Shown in pieces: positions 55,190-64,000 of a stretch of 64,000 nt of DNA. The stretch is from assembly GCF_009914755.1 (NCBI RefSeq), contig NC_060925.1; one strand, written 5' to 3'. The DNA comes from the human T2T-CHM13v2.0 reference genome, Homo sapiens. Made by a program: the position numbers and the translations under genes. Under the pieces are notes generated by a model that ran no database searches, had not been told where the DNA came from, and saw only the letters and a list, made by a program, of their open reading frames with translations. Each line of letters starts with the position of its first letter. The first letter of the stretch is position 1.

Positions 55190-55455
55190 TGTATTAGCAG
55201 GAAACAGGATACCTTAATGGTTGGGAACACAGACTATAGGCAGACTTGAGTTAGCATCGTAGGCCTCAAACCTGCTAGCTGAGTTACCTTGAACACATTA
55301 TTTAATCTCCCTGTGTTTTTTTTTTTTTCGCCATCTAGGAAATGGGCTTCATAATGATAGTACCTGTAGGAGAAATAAATAAACTAAAACACGTAAAATA
55401 CTTAGAAAAATGTCTGGCACATAGCAAATGTTACATAAGTATCTAGTGTTACAAC
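55190..55455 (+). mobile_element. MIR
   Basis: 'tagctgagttaccttgaacacattatttaatctccctgtg...aaatacttagaaaaatgtctggcacatagc'. Confidence 0.8.
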
Positions 55456-55599
55456 TATTGATTTCCAATTTAAAGCAATATCAGGCTTCTCCACTTTATT
55501 TTCACTCTGGGTAAAATACTCACCATGTATGAGCAATTATTTGGGCCTTACTCAGAACAACAAATAAACTTCTTTAGTGTTTGTTCCATAGTTAGCATT

Positions 55600-56560
55600 A
55601 ACTTATCTAATTTAATTGTCAGGCACGATTTTATACCCTTTCTACATGTTTTTGCCTCTAGACAGTGTATATAATATAGCTTTCAGTTTCAAAATTAAAT
55701 AAATAATATCAAGTTGCAGATTTTCCCTTATTACATTTTTGAAAATTCATTCATATATAAATATGTAGATTTAGTTAATCTATGTTTATCCATTGTAAAA
55801 GTTTTTGTATATACATCAGTTTATGTGTTCTGCAGCTAGTGGGCTTTTTGATTGTTACTAGTTTTTTGGTTTTTGTTTTGTTTTGTTTTGTTTTTTTTAA
55901 TAGAAAAGTGCTCCAGCAAACTTTTATGTACTTCTTTTGTAGATGCGAAATAATTTTCCTATAATGAACACATAGAAGTGGATTGCCTCTATCACTGAAT
56001 ATATTCAAAATGTACATTTGGGATATGCGTCTTTAAATTGAATAGATAGTTTCAAATTGTACTTCAAAGTATACTTATCAACACATTGATTTATCACATT
56101 TAAATTAATTTCATCAGCCTGATAGTTATAAAATGGTATCTTATTTTTTGTTTATTGCTTTTTCCTAATTACCAGTAAACTTGAACAATTTTTTATATAT
56201 CTGATTACTATGCAGACTTCTTTCTTTGTATACTGTCTGATAAAATTCTTTGCCCATCATTACATTGGAATGACTATCTATTGTTGGTTTCTAGAAGCTT
56301 CTTTTGAATTCTCAATATTAAGCCTTTACATATTTCAGGTGTTGTAAATATGTTCTCAGCTGGGATTTATCTTTTTTACTTAATATGTTATGTATGACTT
56401 AGTTTATTCCAGTAATATTTAGTGTACTGAAAATTATTTTAATAATAATTTCTTGCTGTCTCTTTTTGTGCCTATTTAAAGAAAAATTTTTTAAACCTAA
56501 TTACATTAGCAGAAAAATTCTTCTAGGGTTACTTCTGAATATTTTAAAAGTCAGAAGTAA
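55600..56560 (-). mobile_element. L1ME-type fragments
   Basis: 'agcctgatagttataaaatggtatcttatt' and 'ttctttgcccat' are antisense L1 3' ORF2/UTR motifs. Confidence 0.6.
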
Positions 56561-57302
56561 ATGTGTAAGTTTTTCTAATTTGTAAAAATGAATATCTTTA
56601 TACTGATTTCATGATGAGTGTTACAAGACTTAATAAAAACAATATCCAGGATTTCACTCAGAGCTAAACACTTATAGGGTAAATTTTCAAGAAATGTTAG
56701 TTGCTATTTCATACAGATCCAAATTAATAGAAATTAATTCCAAGTTACAGGGAACTTGAAGGAAAAATAAATCTCAGGTTAGTTTGGTGATAAGTTAATC
56801 AGAAAGATTTAATATAAAAACAAATTTGATTTCTCCCCTTTGTCTCCACCAAATAGCTCAGTCTTTAAATAACAGACATGGTTTTGTATCCTTAGGTCAA
56901 AAGAGAAAGCAAAAATATTTGATTTATAAGATGCTCACTAAACAAGGTGCCACTGGAGATGAATATTTTCAAAACAACTTGATGGAAAGTATATCTAATT
57001 TAAGAGACTTTTACATGAGTTATGTTTTCAAACAGTGGGTGAATAGGACGTAAGGGTCTGGGAAACTTGGTGATTAAGGACTCGAATCAAAAAGAATTAA
57101 AAACAGTCTGGGGAGTCTTAATACATGGAAGCAAGTACTAGATATAAACTTTCACCTAACAAATGTGAAGATACTAAGTTCACTTTTCTTTGTGAAATGA
57201 CAGTGGAGGTTTATTTTATATTGGCATAGATATAAGGAGAAAGTAAATATTTCTGTCATAAGCTTGTGTGAGTTTTATCTTTTCTCATAAAACTGATCAT
57301 TA

Positions 57303-58879
57303 CTCTCCCTCTCCCTCTCCCCACAGTCTCCCTCTCCCTCTCTTTCCACGGTCTCCCTCTGATGCCGAGCTGAAGCTGGACTGTACTGCTGCCATCTCAG
57401 CTCACTGCAACCTCCCTGCCTGATTGTCCTGCCTCAGCCTGCCGAGTGCCTGTGATTGCAGGCACGCGCCGCCACGCCTGACTGGTTTTCGTATTTTTTT
57501 GGTGGAGAAGGGGTTTCGCTGTGTTGGCCGGGCTGGTCTCCAGCTCCTAACCGCGAGTGATCTGCCAGCCTCGGCCTCCCGAGGTGCCAGGATTGCAGAC
57601 AGAGTCTCCTTCACTCAGTGCTCAATGGTGCCCAGGCTGGAGTGCAGTGGCGTGATCTCAGCTCGCTACAACCTCCACCTCCCAGCCACCTGCCTTGGCC
57701 TCCCAAAGTGCCGAGATTGCAGCCTCTACCCGGCCACCACCCCGTCTGGGAAGTGAAGAGTGTCTCTGCCTGGCCGCCCATCGTCTGGGATGTGAGGAGC
57801 CCCTCTGCCTGGCTGCCCAGTCTGGAAAGTGAGCAGCGTCTCTGCCCGGCCGCCATCCCATCTAGGAAGTGAGGAGCGTCTCTGCCCGGCTGCCCAGCAT
57901 CTGAGATGTGGGGAGCGCCTCTGCCCCACCGCCCCTTCTGGGAGGTGAGGAGCATCTCTGCCCGGCCTCCCCATCTGAGAAGTGAGGAGACCCTCTACCT
58001 GGTAGCTGCCCCGTCTGAGAAGTGAGGAGTCCCTCTGCCCAGCAGCTGCCCCGTCTGGGAAGTGAGGAGCATCTCCACCTGGCAGCCGCCCTGTCCGGGA
58101 GGGAGGTGGGGGGGTCAGCCCCCTGCCCGGCCAGCTGCCCCATCCGGGAGGGAGGTGGGGGTGTCAGCCCCCCACCCGGCCAGCCACCCCGTCCGGGAGG
58201 GAGGTGGGGGGGGTCAGCCCCCCCGCCCGGCCAGCCGCCAAGTCCGGGAGGTGAGAGGCGCCTCTGCCCGGCCACCCCTACTGGGAAGTGAGGAGCCCCT
58301 CTGCCCGGCCACCACCCCATCTGGGAGGTGTACCCAACAGCTCATTGAGAACGGGCCATGATGACAATGGCGGTTTTGTGGAATAGAAAGGGGGGAAAGG
58401 TGGGGAAAAGATTGAGAAATCGGATGGTTGCTGTGTCTGTGTAGAAAGAAGTAGACATGGGAGACTTTTCATTTTGTTCTGTACTAAGAAAAATTCTTCT
58501 GCCTTGGGATCCTGTTGATTTATGACCTTACCCCCAACCCTGTGCTCTCTGAAACATGTGCTGTGTCCACTCAGGGTTAAATGGATTAAGGGCGGTGCAA
58601 GATGTGCTTTGTTAAACAGATGCTTGAAGGCAGCATGCTTGTTAAGAGTCATCACCACTCCCTAATCTCAAGTACCCAGGGACACAAACACTGCGGAAGG
58701 CCGCAGGGTCCTCTGCCTAGGAAAACCAGAGACCTTTGTTCACTTGTTTATCTGCTGACCTTCCCTCCATTATTGTCCTATGACCCTGCCAAATCCTCCT
58801 CTGCAAGAAACACCCAAGAATGATGAATAAAAAAATAAATAAATAAAAAATAATTCTTTATCTCCTACTAAAAAAAAAA
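57303..58879 (+). mobile_element. SVA retrotransposon (SVA_D-like), complete: short CCCTCT hexamer, Alu-like region, VNTR (~57720-58330), SINE-R, A tail
   Basis: All SVA domains in order; perfect 14-bp TSD aaaactgatcatta (57289-57302, 58880-58893). Confidence 0.97.
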
Positions 58880-60254
58880 AAAACTGATCATTAACATTCA
58901 TTCTACTCCAATGTCATGTGAGTAGGGAGTCACATGATTCAGACTTGCGTTTCAAATCTATTAGTTATAAATCTTGGACATTTTAAAAGAAAAAGTCATG
59001 GGCTATTTCCCTTATGAAATAAAAATAAATTCATTTTTGAAGTATTTATTCTCTTTTTGAAGGATAGTTTTTTATGCCATTTCCTCATTAATTATTTTAA
59101 ATTTAATTTAGCTTAGATTCAATATCTAGTATCCTGATATCACAGAAAGAATTTATCATACATAATTCATCAAAGATTAAGACGAAATATATATTGAAAA
59201 ATATAAACACAATTTTAAAACAGTAAAAAGAAATTAAGTAGAAGGATGAATCTCATGCTCTAAAATAAACCCCTATAGTCTTGAGATTTTTGCTTGTTTA
59301 TGGAGTAAGGAGATACAGCATTCCCTACCCACCTAGTTTGCTCACCTGCAGTTAAGAAAACCGTCATCTGCCAACATAGGACCTCCAAGGCCTGAGCCAA
59401 TCCTAACAAATCCTGGAAGAACAGTCACAAAATTATCCAAACACATAGGTAGGAAGTAACAGTAGTCATGCAACTTTTAGATCTGCTATGCAGGAATTTG
59501 GGGCCATCTCCTCAGTGATCTGCTTATTTTGCAAAATGTACCGTCCTCTTTTCTTCACCAAATGTTTTTCTTGTACCTATACTTGGGTTTCCTTCCCAAT
59601 TTATGATTTAATTACAACATCTTTCTCCAGTCTGCAAGTAGGAGGAACAAAATCTTCCCTAGATTTTGCCAGCTTTTCTGTTTCTCGAGGGGTGATTCTT
59701 TTTACTATGCTTCTGAATATTATCTGAGCTCCACTGTAACTAGATGTGAACCAACTAGCTTTAGAACAATCCACTGACCAGAAGACAACACTACCTACCC
59801 TTATCTTCCACTTATTGTTCTTACAAGATACCCATACATTAACTACTTTTGCTAACATTCAGGCCAACTTGAGGCTTTAATATGTTCTTGACCATTATTA
59901 ATTGGTGCCTAGAAGAAAACTATCCTCAGATACAATTCTCATGTTCCAAGGTCTGCATGATTCTTTTCTTCACCATTTTCCCTCACTGTTTTTGTTCATT
60001 ATGTTAAATTGTTGTATTTAGTTTGTTTTCTGCTTTACCTATGGATTTCACTGAAGACAGATGTTTGACTATATTTGGAACATACTTATTTTGAACCAAT
60101 TCGAAAATACATATGTGATGCATTTTTTCCAAAATTAATTTTTTAAATCACTCTTCAAAAATCATTTCATTTCAATTGTCTTGTCATTTCTTAGAAAGTA
60201 GTAAAATTTATCTATCAATTAAATTATTTTAAGAACATTAAAATGGATTCTGCC

Positions 60255-61095
60255 TTTAATCATGGTAGGATAGGTAACATTTTCTGACCTTTCCAGTAAA
60301 GACAGCTTGAACAAAATATCTGTGTGAATGTCTCAGACAACTACCATGATAATGAAAAATAAATAAGTCAGATACCAGTAGAGGAGAAGCCCAAGGAGAC
60401 CTGTCCAGTATTAGTGTTAGGGCTCTTTTCTTCCCCTAAGGCATTTGCTGACACCGGGTGGCTTAGAGGATGAATGAAACAGTCCTTTTGACAGGCAAAA
60501 GTAGCTGGGAGGAGAGACACTGGAATCCAGAACTGAGAAGATAAGATTCTGTCAAATTCCTCTTTATTCAGATTGAGTCATGAAAGAGACATTCTCAGAA
60601 TACAAGCAAATCAAACTAGATAATCTTTTGCATTTGCTGAATCTCTGCCTCTCCAGAGCTCAATTACTGAAATTATATCCAGGTGATCCCAGATTCCTAT
60701 TGCTGTCATGTACCTGGCCGGAACATATATAAATCCTCTTAAATTATTCTACAAACAATTTTGCAAATATTTAATGTAAAATAATAAGAAAATCAAAGAC
60801 AAAAACATATCCACAAACAATGAGAACCAGAAATTAGAAGAAAAAATAAACAATAGAAATAAATTAACAGACTTCAGATACAGACACATTTATATGCTTA
60901 CTGTATTCAAATAGATAAAAGAGAATATTGATGATTGTGCCTCAGGATTATAACATAATAAATAGAATAAAATTCTATAAGTGAAATAAAGCAAAACAAA
61001 TCAAACAAAACAAAACCATCATTACCTATTCAGTAACAGATAAGCCACAGGCCGAAACAGAGCTAGTGAATTGGAAGAAAATATCTAAAAGATGA
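60255..61095 (+). mobile_element. Very old L1M 5'UTR/ORF1 remnant
   Basis: 'acagacttcagatacagacac..tatgcttactgtattcaaatagataaaag' and 'agtgaattggaaga' are ORF1 coiled-coil-type motifs. Confidence 0.55.
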
Positions 61096-61104
61096 AAATC
61101 ATCT

Positions 61105-61327
61105 TCCAGGATCACATCAGATTCTCTGATTTTGATGCTTATTCCTTCCTCTTATAAGCATGCTTATGATTACTTTGGGCTCACTTAGATAATCCAGGAT
61201 AATCTCCAATTTCAAGATCTTAATTTAAGCATACTTGCAAGTCTCGTTTGCCATTTAAAGTGACATGATTACAGGCATAAGGATTAAAACATGGACTTCT
61301 TTGTGGGGACCATTATTCTGCCTACCA
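61105..61327 (-). mobile_element. MLT1D-like LTR fragment (5' half)
   Basis: 'gataatccaggataatctcc..ggggaccattattctgcctacca' terminus. Confidence 0.82.
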
Positions 61328-61339
61328 GAAGGTCTAATA

Positions 61340-62420
<1,081 letters not shown>

Positions 62421-63051
62421 TTTTCTTACTGATGACATAGGTGTAAGGGCTCCAAATGGAGTGGGAGAGTCAGTTGGTAGGAAAAAGTTTCAGAAGTGCA
62501 CCACCAAAAAATATGGTGAAAAATTTCTTTCAGAGAGACAACTTGACCTCGGCAAAAAAGGGGGATACTAGAGGAAGCAAGGTAGAAATCTGCCTCTTGT
62601 CATGAAATGGATTTGGAAGTTCACTTTGATAGGTATGATGATTATTAACTATTTTTAAACAATGCTTTTGTTACTGTCAAATAGAATGTTTTGATTGCTA
62701 TAATTATGAGAGTGTTTCTTTTGTGCTGATACTACAGGAGTTATTATATGGGCTGTTTGAAATTCACTGTGCAGTAAGGATTTAAATGTTCAATGTATTT
62801 TAATAATTGTTAAGAAGTAGACTTAAAATTTTATAAAATGATATAATCTCTTTGTAGCCCTAAATGAGCATTTGTCCTTAAGTGTTGACATCAATTAATA
62901 TCTCAGAGCTCTATCTAAATGGAAAACACTGGATAGAGAATAATTATACTCTCCCAAAAGCTATTCTATTAAAGTTTAGGAGAGAAGGAAAAGCAGAGAC
63001 CATTTTTAAAGAGAAACTAGCTGAAAATTTTCCAGAAGTAATTGTTTTATA

Positions 63052-63390
63052 CCCACTTCCCCCTAAAAAAGCAAGATGGATTTCCACCCAAAGTTCAGTT
63101 CAGATGTGGAGTCTGGTGACATGTAATGCACCTAGAGAGTTTATGAGAAAACGTATTTATTCATACAAAGGACTCATGGGAATAGATGAGTGAGAGCAAA
63201 CAATTGGCTGAGGCAAAACCAAGGTGAGTACATTTACTCCATTAGAATGGCTAGGGGTTGTAACTAGACAACAACTTTCACACATGAGAAACTTAAATTT
63301 TCTGCCAGTACTAAAGGAAGAGGCAAACTTACAGCCTTCTTACTAGCCTGCCCAGATGTATAAATAAAAGGCAGGGTGAGGCTTAAAAAG
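63052..63390 (-). mobile_element. Possible old ERVL-type LTR fragment
   Basis: 'gttcagttcagatgtggagtctggtga..gtatttattcatac' resembles the antisense 3' end of an old LTR; family uncertain. Confidence 0.3.
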
Positions 63391-63396
63391 AATTCC

Positions 63397-64000
63397 AGAG
63401 GTCCAGTGCAAGATGGCCAAATAGAAGGCTCAACAATCTTCCCCCAAACCCACAAGGAAGCCAATTTAACAGCTGTGTGCACACACAAAGCACCTTTATA
63501 AGAAGCAAAAATCAGGTGAGCACTCACAGTGCCTGGTTTTAACTTCATATCACTGAAAGAGGCATTGAAGAAGGTACAAAAGACAGTCTTGAATAGTCAA
63601 TGCAACCCATTCCCCAGCACCAAGCAACAGCCACATGACATGGAGAGAGAATCTGTGCACTTAGGATAGGGAGAGTTCAGCAATTGTGAGACATTGCATA
63701 AAATTCAGTGCTGCTCCATTGCAGAAAAAAACAAAACAAGGCAAAATTCAGCTGATGCTCACTAACATTAAACCAGCCCTAGCCAGAGGGAAATTACCCA
63801 TCTTACCAGTCAGAACTTGAGTTCCGGCAAGCATCACCAATGTGGGCTAAAGTGCCCTGGGCCTGCACATAAACTTGAAAGGAAGTCTAGGCTATAAGGA
63901 CAGCAGTCCAGGCTACAAGGACGGCAACTACTAGGCAAGTCCTAATGCTCAACTAGGCTCAGAGACAATGGACATGGAAGGCACACAACCTACTGAGACA
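63397..64000 (+). mobile_element. L1MA/L1M1-type 5'UTR (continues beyond the window)
   Basis: YY1-type start 'caagatggccaaatag' and 'aaaatcaggtgagcactcacagtgcctggttttaacttcatatcactgaaagaggca'. Confidence 0.85.

Noticed and set aside
57402-58823. Cluster of overlapping ORFs of 67-152 aa
   Set aside because: All lie within the GC-rich SVA, which is non-coding.

Overview
This window is AT-rich, repeat-dense human genomic DNA, either intergenic or deep intronic. The human assignment rests on a diagnostic AluYb8, plus an SVA_D-like element. I recognise no protein-coding gene, RNA gene or CpG-island promoter. Nearly all ORFs in the supplied track come from transposons, simple repeats or chance. 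The window is a layered transposon record: old L2, MIR and L1M fragments; MaLR elements (full-length THE1D, MSTA, MLT1); a MER11 (HERV-K11/HML-8) solo LTR; DNA-transposon relics; seven Alus; an L1PB; and an SVA. I found no new biological system. The best-supported unusual observations are two apparent 3' transductions bounded by target-site duplications (TSDs): about 90 bp carried by the L1PB and 19 bp carried by the SVA. Other points of interest are a young, possibly polymorphic AluYb8, candidate splice signals of an unidentified and probably non-coding transcript, templated micro-inversions inside an old L1, and structured tandem repeats. Subfamily calls are from my recall of consensus sequences and need confirmation with RepeatMasker/Dfam. 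Coordinates of the oldest elements are approximate.
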